This document shows, piece after piece, positions 50,290 to 62,382 of a DNA stretch of 64,000 nucleotides (position 1 is its first letter; every line of letters starts with the position of its first letter). Made by a program: the position numbers and the translations under genes. This DNA is from Octopus sinensis (Eukaryota): positions 180,482,001-180,546,000 of the forward strand of contig NC_042997.1 of assembly GCF_006345805.1 (NCBI RefSeq), given 5' to 3'. The notes under the pieces are model-generated. The model was not told the DNA's origin and ran no database searches. It saw only the letters and a program-made list of their open reading frames with translations.

Positions 50290-51450
50290 TCTTTTCTAAC
50301 TTAATGTTTTTTCTATTTGGCGCCTATTTGTAGGAACTCTGTGTTCTTCCTTTTTCTTCCACTTGCACGCGAGGTTTCAACCACCTATAACAATGTTGAT
50401 ACCTGGAATGTGTCATACAGCAATTTCATAGGTTCTTTCAATCTGTCTCTATTCATTTTTATGAATCTCTTCTTCAATTGGCTTCTGTGTCTTTTTCAAT
50501 ACATTTTCTCCTTTTAATTCCGTACATCATTTTTCCTATGTACCTCCTAATTTTGGTTCCTTCCCAGTATTATTTTCTGTTTATATACGACCTCGTGTAC
50601 ACCTTATCACCAATTTGAAAAACAAATAGATTGCCTTTTCTGGTACTTTTTCTTTCCTCGTCAGGTAACAGTATATCAAAAATTGATTTCACCTTCCTCA
50701 CGAACACTAGTTCTGCTGGCGAGCTTCGTGCTGGTGAATTGGGATTCGGTGTCACTCTGTATACCCTTAGGAATTGTTGCAGAGCGATTTCTTCTGTGAC
50801 TTTCTTGTTTGCTTTTCTGAAAGCTCTTTTAAAAGTGTCCACAAAACGCTCTGCCTGTCCATTTGATCTATGTTGGTAAGGCGATATCTCGCAGAATTTT
50901 CTAAATTCACTGGACACAAATTATCAGATGCGATCATGTCTGGGATGCCAAATCTTGCGAATAATTCATGCAAAAAAATTATTACCGTTTCAGAGGTTAG
51001 TCTTTTGCACTTAACAATTACCAGCCATTTTGGAAAACTGTCAACTACTGCTAAATAGTAATAACCATTTAACGGACCTACAAAATGGATTTTCTGTTCT
51101 GGCCAAGGCTCCCATTTTTGAGTAGGCAATTTCGCTGCCAGAGCACATCCTCTGCAGCCTTTAACTACGTTTTCAACTTCCATGTCCATCTTCGGCCAGT
51201 ACACATGACTGCGCATAAGTGCTTTCATCCTTGCGATCTCTGTTATTGGTAACTCTCCCTCAATGTTCCACATTATGTGTTTAATTTCCCCTTCGGCTCT
51301 TAGGACTGCTATTACTGTGCTTTCGAGTTGTTCGCCAGTTCTGGGTATTAACCTGGATAGGCCGTCTGCATGTCCTAGCTTTTTCGCAGGTAAATATTCC
51401 ACTGCGTAGACGTGGTTTAGTAGTATGATGCCCCATCTGGACTTCGTACC
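50290..51450 (-). mobile_element. Gypsy-type LTR retrotransposon relic (RNase H end, integrase)
   Basis: HADGLSRL; IARMKALMRSHVYWPKMD...VKGCRGC; GPLNGYYYLAVVDSFPKW; FARFGIPDMIASDN; HRSNGQAERFVDTFK; YRVTP...SPAELVF. Confidence 0.9.
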
Positions 51451-51559
51451 CTTTCGTCAAATACTTGACCTAAACATTTTTTTTTAAATAAAAAATTCAG
51501 ACTTTCCTCTGTTAGTCTATACCCGCATTCATTTATTTTTCCGAGTACTTCTTTAATAT

Positions 51560-52835
51560 GTTCGAAGTATAGCTCCACTGACGCTCTCTTTATTAAAATA
51601 TCATGAATGTTATATAAAAATGGAAAAAATTAAATGGCTGCATGGGCCCCTCTTCCATGCAGTATCATTTGAACGTTTATACACACAATTTACAATCGTT
51701 CTATTTTTATATTGTTTTTCCATAATCATGATTTTTTCCCTCTTTTTTTTCATCGAAACACATTTACTTTTTCCTTTCTTTTTTTTCTTTTTCTTTCAAC
51801 AAAACAATTTTACTTACTCTTTTTTTCCATTGTAATACCTCATGTAACGCTCCACGTCTTTGAGTTCAACTACGGGTGGCAGCTCGTCGAACTCCACCAA
51901 CACTCCGCACATGTCTCTGAATCTCTTGTATGTATCTTTGTCAACTACAATGGCCTTTATATTTTCAGAATACATATCCGTGAGCAACCATACCCTTATG
52001 ATATGCATGAATTTTACGATTTTTCTTTCCGTCCCTTAGTTTTTTTGCATATAATACAAAGTTCCATGTATTTTTTCCTCTTCTTGGCTTTCTCTTTTCT
52101 ACTTCCACTTCTGGTACTTTTTCCTTTTCTGTCTCTCCTCTGAGCAATGTCTCTATATCACCCTCACCTTCTATTTCGGTACTTTTTTCCTTTTCTGTCT
52201 CTACTCTGAACAATTTCTCTATTTCACCTTCAGATAGTTACACTCCTGAATCTTTCTCCTTAGCTAACTTAACCGATGTTTTCAACAGTTTCCTCCTTCT
52301 GTGACTCATTCTCGCAGACTTTTCCAATTATCTTTTCACTTTCTTTCTCCACCACCATTTTGTCTTCCCTTCTTCTGGTCGCATCTTTCATTTCCACCTC
52401 TTCTTTCTTCTTTTTCGGGTTACTTGGCGGCGGGCTCACTCTTCCACTTCTTTTTCTTTCCACTACCGTGAATCCCTCCTCCGTTGTTTTCTCTTCCATC
52501 TCCACCTGTACTACCTGTTCCGTACTTTCCTGCTTCTCCTTCTGTTTCTCCTTCTGTGGGCACCTCGCCTTCATGTGGCCTTTCTCCCCACATTCAAATC
52601 ATACAGGCGGCCTGCCCTCTAACTCCACTCTTAATCTCAAGTAGTCGGGCAACGCTATCTCCTCAACAAACCGATTCAAGCCTTCTGTTGTTGCCTGGAT
52701 AGTGAGCTCGATCCCGTATCCCCAGTAGTTGATTCTATTAGTCCTTGGTGGCCTTCAATATCTTAGCCCCATCTTTAATGTTGAACATTATGGCCGTCAT
52801 CAGCCATGCTTCTTCTAGTTCTGGGTGTAAATTTG
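51560..52835 (-). pseudogene. Second ORF1-like element (RRM-like + CCHC + E/K-rich + conserved C-terminal domain) with 3'UTR hairpin
   Basis: INVSNLHPELEEAWLMTAI; LRVELEGRPPV*FECGEKGHMKARCP (52560-52601); RRGKNTWNFVLYAKK; DMYSENIKAIVVDKDTYKRF...VEFDELPPVVELKDVERYMRYY; hairpin at 51638-51662. Confidence 0.7.
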
Positions 52836-53761
52836 AAACGTTTATATTAATTTAGCATTAGCATTCTTCAAGTTGTATAAACATAATTATTGTCTGCCCC
52901 ATTCGAAAGGGAAATAAATTCTGCATAAGGTGTAAAAGATAAAAATAATTTGTATGGTGTTAATAACAAAATATTTTGTAAGAAATAGAACTTTCATCAT
53001 CGGTCTTAAATTCATTTTCGCCAGTGTATGTGTATTTATATATATGTATGTATATATATATATACATCTGTAGTATATCTAGACTTTTGCGCGATTAAGC
53101 AGATGCAACTCAACGATCTAGCTTAAATCTTTATCCTCGACATTGAGACCGCACTTACCAAAGAATCGGTTCCTTCACAACTATCCAATATTTTAAAATG
53201 AACATAACCGTTCTAAAACTTCAGGAGAGGAAATTTTCTATGATCTTTTCTGTTTGTCTGCACCTGTGGAAATTTCGAAGTTTAGTGAAAATTCTGAAAT
53301 TGAATAAATTGATGTAATTTTCCACTCTGAATTTCAGGGGCTAATTCGCCTTTTCCAGAAGAATCTTTTTTTTTTAAATTACAGCGATTTAAAGATTGCT
53401 CATTTTTGCTCAGTCAGAAAAATGGATTTGGAAGCTGTCATTTTGTGCGTGACTATACGAATTGTCAACATTGCGAAAATAGCATGTTTTTTAATATGAG
53501 ACTGTAAACAATTGAACTAATAGCGGAATGTGCACGACATATAACTCCTCTTAACTTTTTTTATTTTTGGGAATTTTCAGAAATATTTTTGCGAATTTAT
53601 ATTCCACACAACGGGAATTTATTCGATTATGCAAAATAAAAAAAATAAAAAAATATAAAGAAACGTTTGGTCACTGATTTAAGGATATATAACTGTTATT
53701 TTTAGCACATCTCACAGCCACCTCATACTTCGTATTTTAAGCATTTAATAAGCGACAAATG

Positions 53762-53866
53762 ATCACGTGACTTGACAGGAGAGCAACAGAGGGGTAAGCA
53801 ACTTGGCCACTACTTTGCTTGTTTCTATGGAAACAGGCACCTATATGTCTGTTGTTTTTCATTGGC
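53762..53866. promoter_or_regulatory. Cluster of E-box, RFX X-box and CCAAT box
   Basis: ATCACGTGAC (53762-53771), GTTTCTATGGAAAC (53821-53834), AGCCAATGA on the minus strand (about 53859-53867). Motif match only; may be TE-derived. Confidence 0.3.
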
Positions 53867-55464
53867 TAAAATTTCCCAAAATTTGCAAACTCTAAAATCT
53901 ATTAACTCTATTTATTGATTTATGGTGAAAATGAATTACATGTCAAGGATTACCATACAAAACGACACCAATACACCAAATATGAAATCACTTGGAACAC
54001 AAGTGGAAGAAATCGAAAAATGGCAGCTAAATAGGAAAGATCCGTTTTTTCTTGGTGTTGCATGATATTTACTAATAATCGAACGGGTTGCTTTGTATCA
54101 GCAAATACCCACATTATGAGTGTGGCATAGCGTGTTTTCTTAATGTCTTGTTCTAAATGTGAAAATTCTAAAACTAACATTACCATCTTTCTGAAAGCAA
54201 GATTGAGTGAGTAACAGCGGCAGCATCGAGGCCTGTCAGGTGACATGGAAAATCTAAAAGGGTAGTTTCTTACTGATTCTGGGCTTCTGTCTAGCAAGCA
54301 TTGAGATTATGTCGACACACAAAGATAGCACACTGCAAAAAGAGCAAATTTGCTTTCCTAGACCAACGCTTTACATTTCAGTTGGGTAACACCAATGTAA
54401 TCGTAGTTTCTCGTACGTTAGCTTCCGTACTTTTACAGTATTTTCCTCTACCGAAAAGTATGCACGTTACACTACCCTGCCATCTTAATTCGATACTTTT
54501 CTGTATTGCTTCTCAAATATTTACCCATTCACTATGCGTATATAGTTATACATTTTCAGCAGGCGCCTGAATACAGTCTGTGCGATTTTTCCTATTAAGT
54601 ATGAATTCAACATCATTTTGAGCCGTAGAATTATCATACGATGTTGCCAGATTTAATATTCGACCGAAATCGAATGGCTATTTGTAACTGAAAATGGTGA
54701 TGTACGTGTTTGTACTTTTAATTCTTGATCAAGAAAGATTATTACTTTTTCAGACCATTGGTATACTATTATTTTCTATTTTTGCAAATGTCATTTTCAC
54801 CACTCTTCCACACTTCCATCCCGTCAAATAGATATAATTTTTTTCCTATTGCTTCGAGTCATATGATAAATCCAAAAATATTACATTGGCAATATGAAAA
54901 CTTAGAATTAAAATTACAATGAGGATGTTCATAAAATCTGAGTATAAAGAGTTTTTGACTCTCTTTCAGAGACGGAACATGGCTACGTGGTTTATAAATG
55001 CACAACACAACTTTCTATCATATTGGCAGACTAAAACGTTCCACTCTCTGTAATGGCATCTAGCTCGAGAGTCAAAAATAGCGATGTTCGCTCCTCTATT
55101 TCATTACATTTTCGCTGTACACTCATCGTTTACATATAGCTTTTAAAATTTTTACTTCTGATTCTATTTATTGATTGTAAATTATTCCTTTAAATGCACT
55201 ATATTTTATTGAATACTCGAATTCAATGATTGTTTATTGTTATACGATGAGGATATTAAAAGATGCAGCTAGATATTTGGAAATAACGAAATAATACTAT
55301 AGGTTTTATGACGTAGATTAAAATTCTTATCTTCCATCTGTCTTTAATTTGGCGATTAATACAGTTAATACAGATGGCGAGAAAAATAATCCAGTCATAA
55401 AGAGTATACAGAACATGACCAGAACTGAATTTGAACTTTCACACTTTGATTTATGTTGGTCAAT

Positions 55465-55875
55465 AGGCGCAGACGTGAGTCCATGGTAATAAGTTTGCTT
55501 CCCAATCACATGCTTTCAGTTTCAATCTTACTGTGTTGCATCTTGGTAACTATCTTTTACTATAGCCATGGACCGATGAGAGACTTGTGAGTGAATTTGG
55601 TAGACAGAAACAGGAAGAAACTCGCCTTGTATGTATCTATCTATTCGCTTATGTATTTGTACTTGTGATTCTACCCTCACTGCCGCTTGAAAACCGACGT
55701 TGGTTTGTTTACGTTCTCATAAAGTAGCGGTTTGTCATCATGGCCTAATAGAATATGTACCAAGCTTCAGACAGAGAAAGAAAATCATCGAGTCGATTCG
55801 TTGAACTAAAACACCTCAGGGCAGTGCCCGAGGTGGCTGCAGTCTAGTTACTGAAAACAATAAAGATAAGAGATA
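55465..55875 (+). mobile_element. SINE family A, diverged
   Basis: Colinear head, CTTGTGAGTGAATTTGGTAGACAGAAAC, and tail GGCTGCAGTC..ACTGAAA. Confidence 0.7.
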
Positions 55876-55989
55876 AACAAGATCACAGTTTCTTGTTCTG
55901 GAGGAAAAGCAACTCCAGGTATATGATGCATAACATGTAAATAATTCTCAGGAAAATTGACAAAGGGGCCTAAAATTCTGAGGGAAGTA

Positions 55990-56140
55990 ATTAATCGGTA
56001 TCGACTCGAGTGGTCAACTGACACTTATTTTAGAGATCCCGAACTGTGGAAAGGGAAAGTCAGCCTCGGTGAAACTAATACTCAGGATATAAAAACAGAC
56101 GAAATATCACTATGCATTTTCTCTGGAGTGCAAGCTCGCA
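55990..56140 (-). mobile_element. SINE family B, diverged
   Basis: GATCCCGAAC...AAAGTCAGCCTCGG...ACTCAGGA...ACAGACGAAATA. Confidence 0.6.
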
Positions 56141-56399
56141 TTCTTATACCATGTAAGTAATACAAAAATCTATATATTTACTTTTTTATTAATTACACAC
56201 ACGCACACGCCCACACACAAGGAAACCACACATACACACATACACACACACGCACAGAAACACACACGCACACACACACACACACAGAAACACGCACACA
56301 CAAGGCGACGAGTTGACTAAATCTGAAAATGCTTTGTGGTATTTTGTTCCGGCATTTTACTTTCAAAGTTCATTATGTTCGAATCATGGAAATTAACTT

Positions 56400-56617
56400 T
56401 CTGTTTCTTTACTATCCACAAGGGGCTAAACACAGAGGGGACAAACAAGGACAGACAGACGGATTAAGTCGATTATATCGACCCCAGTGCGTAACTGGTA
56501 CTTAATTTATCTACCCCGAAAGGATGAAAGCAAAGTCGACCTCGGCAGAATTTGAACTCAGAACGTAACGGCAGACGAAATACGGCGTGCTAACGTTTCT
56601 GCCATTTCGCCGCCTTA
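56400..56617 (-). mobile_element. SINE family B
   Basis: CACAAGGGGCTAAAC...GAACTCAGAACGTAACGGCAGACGAAATAC...CGCCGCCTTA. Confidence 0.88.
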
Positions 56618-57026
56618 ATCTCTTGGAAATTAACTTTCATCTCTAACTCGGATTATGGGGGTTGATAAAATAATTTTGATGGTATTCGCTATCCCCACCC
56701 TTCAAATTTTCTGCCCTTGAAAATCACAAACAATTAATCATTATTATTTATTGCAACAGGTGTATGCTGGTACACACACGCACAAACACACAAGCAGACA
56801 CACTAATATAAATATATATACACATATATATAAAAAAATGGCAGAGGGACAATGACAGAGACTTACTAAACGTAAACAGATATGACATCAGAGACAGTTA
56901 TTCTTGATTCCCCAATACAATGTTGAATACTCGAATAAAAAGTTAATTGCAATAATATAAAGAATAAAAATCATTCAATGTCTTTATCTCTTCATTGATT
57001 TTCGAAAACGTAGAAGAAATTTTTAC

Positions 57027-57208
<182 letters not shown>

Positions 57209-57301
57209 GCTTTTACGTCCTGTCCTTGTCACTTGTTTTACCCCTCTGCAAAAGAATTTTATTTAATTCATTTTGCAGGAAGGAATGCTTCGGCCGGATC
57301 A

Positions 57302-57364
57302 TGTTCTGCCATTACCTTCGAAACACCCATTGAGTCGAAACAGGGGCAGCTGATGAAGGGTAAT
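57302..57364 (+). ncRNA. Hammerhead core with non-standard (pseudoknotted) strand order
   Basis: UGUU-CUGCC-AUUACCUUC-GAAACA...GGCAG-CUGAUGA-AGGGUAAU. Stem I 5 bp, stem II 8 bp (one G-U), stem III 3 bp, GUU triplet. Confidence 0.4.
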
Positions 57365-57564
57365 TGTCCTTGTATTGTTTGTCCTGTACTCTGTTTTTTC
57401 GTTGTTAAAAAAGTCCGTTTCCATGTTTGATTTTATGTTTTCGTTTCTCGTTGTGTTCTACGTTTATTTGTGGTGTCCTGTACTCATATATGCATGTATA
57501 TATACATATAGATGTAGATATGTACATATATGTATGTATGCATATGTTTTAGTTATTAAATTGT

Positions 57565-57608
<44 letters not shown>

Positions 57609-57790
57609 CCTCGTGTGTACCGTTGGCGATTTTTTTTCCTCTGTCTTCCCTTCTCTGGATCTTTCCTTCTCCTATGTTTCCGAGGAAGAGCTCCGCTCGA
57701 AACATTAAACCTTCCTTCTTTCCTGAGCGTCCAATAATAATATATTTGTTCCACGTCCTCGCGTTGTTGTGTTTTCTTGTGCTTTCTTAT
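57316..57790 (+). mobile_element. ~480-bp non-coding hammerhead-bearing element (PLE pseudo-LTR/retrozyme-like), copy 1
   Basis: Colinear with 61234-61720 (shared CTTCGAAAC, GAAACAG.GGC.GC.GA.GAAGGG, TGTACTCT, TGGTGTCCTGTAC.CATATATGCATG...); adjacent to (AT)n. Confidence 0.7.
57676..57710 (+). ncRNA. Minimal type I hammerhead-like motif
   Basis: GUUU-CCGAGGA-A-GAGC-UCC-GCUC-GAAAC-AU-U-AAAC; carries U4C and G16.2A deviations. Confidence 0.55.
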
Positions 57791-57800
57791 TTGGATTAAC

Positions 57801-57836
<36 letters not shown>

Positions 57837-58022
57837 TATATGTATGTATGTATATATATAATGGCAGCATTACACTTAGTCGTACGTTCAGAGAAACACA
57901 GGCGCATTTGCGTGCCATTCCAAAAATCTTATATATATATATTATATATATATATAAATAAAATTTCTAAGTACCTCATTTCTTCTAATATAACATACCT
58001 GTTCATCATCTCCAAACCTTCT

Positions 58023-58066
<44 letters not shown>

Positions 58067-59409
58067 TAAACATGTGCCTACATATACTCTCACACACATA
58101 TATATGAACCTGTATCAATGTATACATACACATACGCACACATCAGTTCACGCTAATATACTTTACTTACATATGCACGCATGTTTGATGATTGAGGAAA
58201 AGAAATGTTGGCAGTATTCTTTCCCCTCTTTTCTTTAAATCACGTGTTTAATTACTTAATCTCTGACGACATAATGAAAAGCTAAATTTTACTATTAAAT
58301 TTCTTTATATTTAATCTAAGTTAATTTGTAATTGACTTTAGAAGCCGACAGCGAAAAGGAAGTAAATCCTCCAACAGCAACTCATACATATAGATAAATG
58401 GAAATTGTACAGAAACCAAGGTTTCAGAGAATAGCGAAACGCCAAAAAAGGCTGAACAACGGAAAGATAAAAAAACAAAAATAACTTTGTCCCAAAAGAA
58501 TCCGAGTATTTAGCACATGTAAACCAGCCGTTCAAGAATTTGGACCTGGAGATCTCCATTTCCAGCGACTTCGAGGTCCACTTCCCAGTGGTGTCAGGCG
58601 TCAACGAAAAGCCCTCGACTACTAGACGACCGAAGATTTTTTTTTCCAAGGTCTGGGTTTCCCGCCCCTACGCCCTAGACCATCAACTAATCACCCTTAC
58701 CCGTCTTGTTGCTTAACAACATATAAACCAGCTACTGAGGCGTGATCACACTTGTCTTGTTGTGTAAGGGCTAATTTGGCCTTGAGGCGAATAATAAATA
58801 CATAATCCACGCCAGTTAATCATCGACCTGTACGTACTTCTGTAATCGAATATTTAACGATTCGCTGCAATTTTTTTTTAAATGAAACCCTTAGGAACCC
58901 AACGAGTTTGTATCAAATTTAGGTTGAAATTCGAAAATTATTATTACGAAGACTCGTCCAATGTTGTATCTAATCTAAAAGAAGAATTACGTCTTACAAA
59001 ATGTCACGATCTGTAACATCATCAAACTAGCTGTTAACACACACTATAACAGATTTCTAAGACAAGGGAAGGGTCGTATAAAAAACAGCTTCCTATGAGG
59101 AGGTCGTTACCTAGAAAAGATCGTCCCGCAACTTATTTTTAAAGCGTTGTACAGATTAACAAAAATAAAACAGAAACCAGGTCGGAAGGATTAGGTGTTT
59201 AGAAAAGGTGAATAGTGTGAAATGAAAAATGTTATGGATGAGAGAGGCGACGCCTGAGAAATGCATTGCGGTAGAGGACCACCAGAGCCTCTGGAACCTT
59301 TCCTTGCATTAACCCTGCAAAGATCTCTTGAGATCCCCCCAAAATTCATTAAAGATTAAGGTCACTATTTCTTCTCGGAATAACTATCAGAAGTTTCTTT
59401 GCTTGTCTG

Positions 59410-59437
59410 TGCACACACACATATACATATATATATA

Positions 59438-59501
<64 letters not shown>

Positions 59502-59681
59502 ATGTATATATATATATATGTATGTATGTCTTATATATATATATATATACACGTATATATATACATACAAATATACAAAAATATATATACATTTATATAT
59601 AAATTAATGTGTATATATATGCATATGTGTACATATATATATATATATATTTATTTACGCACATATATGATAATGTAATAA

Positions 59682-59726
<45 letters not shown>

Positions 59727-60462
59727 ACTCGCACGCCCTGTGTGCTACGAGTGTACATATGAAGTGGTGTGTAAGTGTATATGTGTATTTATTGCTGCGC
59801 TGTTTGATTCTTAATACAACTTCTCTGCAGAGAATTCGTTCAGATTTGAATGTGAATTATTTTGTCTCGGCTCAAAGAAACATTAGAGCTGTTCACGTTA
59901 TCAGATCCTTTGAGTGTTTGCTAGAATTATTGCTTTAGGTACTGTTTTCCTTAGAGGATTTTATTTCACGTTTATACATACGCATGTACACACATCATAT
60001 ATAGTTGTGTGTGTGTCTGTGTGTGTGTATACATATATACATATGTATATGTATACATATGTATATATATACATATATACAGATATATATATATATATTA
60101 TATATATATATATATATATGCATATATACTTATATATACATATATATACGTATAAGCATACACACATGCATACATTCACAATCATATTTAGCTTTTATGC
60201 GGGTTTTTTTCATTTATGATGTTATAATGACTTGAAATGTAACACATGTTATTCTCCACTTTTACACGACAGAATTTTCTAGAATATTCCTCATTTGATC
60301 ATACTTTATGGGGTGTATTATGATATATTTCAACGTCCTATGTATAAATAAATAAATAAATTCTTATCAACTTATACTCCTATATACTGTTATTCTTGCG
60401 TGCGGAGACTGAGATATGACCATCGCTTCACGCACACGCATTATATATGTATATGTGTATAC

Positions 60463-60495
<33 letters not shown>

Positions 60496-60539
60496 ATATA
60501 ATATATATATATATACATACATATACATATATACGCGTG

Positions 60540-60590
<51 letters not shown>

Positions 60591-60620
60591 TTATTATTAT
60601 TATTATTATTATTATACATA
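59410..60620. repeat. Dense (AT)n/(GT)n/(ATT)n microsatellite field
   Basis: Direct inspection; source of many spurious ORFs. Confidence 0.9.
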
Positions 60621-61233
60621 TAAACTGCGACAAGCGCTCACTCATAGACCCACACGCACTCAAATACACACACACATATATGTATATTGACATATGTACA
60701 ATTATGTTCCAGCACTGATATGCATGTACGTCACCATCAGGATTTACATACTGTGACTAAATTCCTGATGGTGCCGTAATCTTGAAGAAGATATCATGCT
60801 CTGAGCATCTTAGGAGGTAGTGGGGCCAACCATTTTGTGGGGTAATCAGAAAAAACTTCTTACATGCTGTAAGGCAAACAGACGACAAGAAAAGTAGGGA
60901 GAAAAATATCGACACAAATACAGGATTGCTATCTTTTTTCGGGAATAATGAAAGGCGAAGTTAAACTTGGATAGAAAGATAAATAGACAGATAGATAGAT
61001 AGAGAGAGAGAGAGAGACATACACACATAGATAGACAGACAGAGAGAGATAGATAGATAGGGAGACAGATAGATTGATTGATTGATTGATTGATTGATAG
61101 ATGGAGAGAGAGATAAATAGATAGGTAGACAGACAGACAGACAGAGATGTAGGTAGGTAGACAATGGCGGTGCTCTAGCATACCCGCCGCCTCAATGCTT
61201 ATACATATAAGAGAATAAAAGTATATATATATA

Positions 61234-61720
61234 TCTTCGAAACGCGGAGTAGAGGAAACAGAGGCGGCCGAAGAAGGGGAATGTTCCTTGTGTTGTATGT
61301 CTTGTACTCTATTTTTTCGTTGTTTAAGAAAAATGTTCATTTCTTGGTTTTGTGTTTATGTTTTCGTTTCTTATTGTGTTCGACGTTTTTTTTTTGGTGT
61401 CCTGTACCCATATATGCATGTATATATACATATAGATGTAGGTACGTACATATATGTATGTATATATGCATATGTTTTATTTATTTTTTTGTTATCATGT
61501 TGATTCGTTAGCTACTGCACGCATTTTTTTTCTCTCCTTCTTTCTGTGTTTTTTTCTCTCTATGTATCTTTCTGTTGAAGAGCGTAGGCTCGAAACGTTA
61601 AAGACTTGTTTTATTTATATTTCCTGAGCGCCATACTAATACAATTGTTCGTTTGTTTTCCACCTGCCTTCGTCTTTTGTCTATTTTCATAAAGCTTCCC
61701 GTTATATATATATATATACG
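61234..61720 (+). mobile_element. Hammerhead-bearing non-coding element, copy 2
   Basis: See 57316-57790; begins at an (AT)n tract. Confidence 0.7.
61567..61604 (+). ncRNA. Minimal type I hammerhead-like motif
   Basis: UCUUU-CUGUUGA-A-GAGC-GUAG-GCUC-GAAAC-GU-U-AAAGA; palindromic AACGUU helix III; A6U deviation. Confidence 0.6.
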
Positions 61721-62007
61721 AGTTTGTATGATTCTGGATAGAAGAATATACGAATCAATGAAATTCCAAGCTAGTCTGGTTTTCACGTTTTATTATTTCC
61801 AATTTTTATAATTTTACTATGTTATAATACAATAATATATATTTATTGTGATAAAATATTACGTATCTCAATAAATATATAATATTCTAAACGATCATCA
61901 GTCACTGATTATATAATATTCTATTATAATATTGTAAAAATTGCAAACGATAAAACGTGAAAATCAGACTAGGTTGGAATTTTATTGATTAATGTATGTG
62001 TGTATGG

Positions 62008-62062
<55 letters not shown>

Positions 62063-62248
62063 CATACACACATATAAATATTTATATATTATATACATAC
62101 ATAATACATATATGTATTTATATATTTATAATATATATAATATATATACATACAATATATACATTCACATAATATACAAGTACATTATATTTACATTGGG
62201 CATATACATATACACATCGATGTACGTACAAATATTCTTATATAACTA

Positions 62249-62280
62249 ATCTACGCGGATATATATTTTTGCACGTAGAA

Positions 62281-62336
<56 letters not shown>

Positions 62337-62382
62337 ATAAATATATATACCTTCTACGTGCAAAAATATATACCGCGTAGAT
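62249..62382. repeat. 32-bp inverted repeat flanking an (AT)n tract
   Basis: ATCTACGCGGATATATATTTTTGCACGTAGAAG (62249-62281) vs CTTCTACGTGCAAAAATATATACCGCGTAGAT (62351-62382); one indel. Confidence 0.9.

Noticed and set aside
58263-58285. CTGACGA-CATAAT-GAAAAGCTA
   Set aside because: No stem II can form without using G12; insufficient support.
58338-58720. GC-richer block with partly open frames
   Set aside because: Probably a TE relic, but no motif could be recognised on either strand.
60736-60776. 15-bp inverted repeat CACCATCAGGATTTA / TAAATTCCTGATGGTG
   Set aside because: Short, with no accompanying ribozyme strands or other supporting structure.
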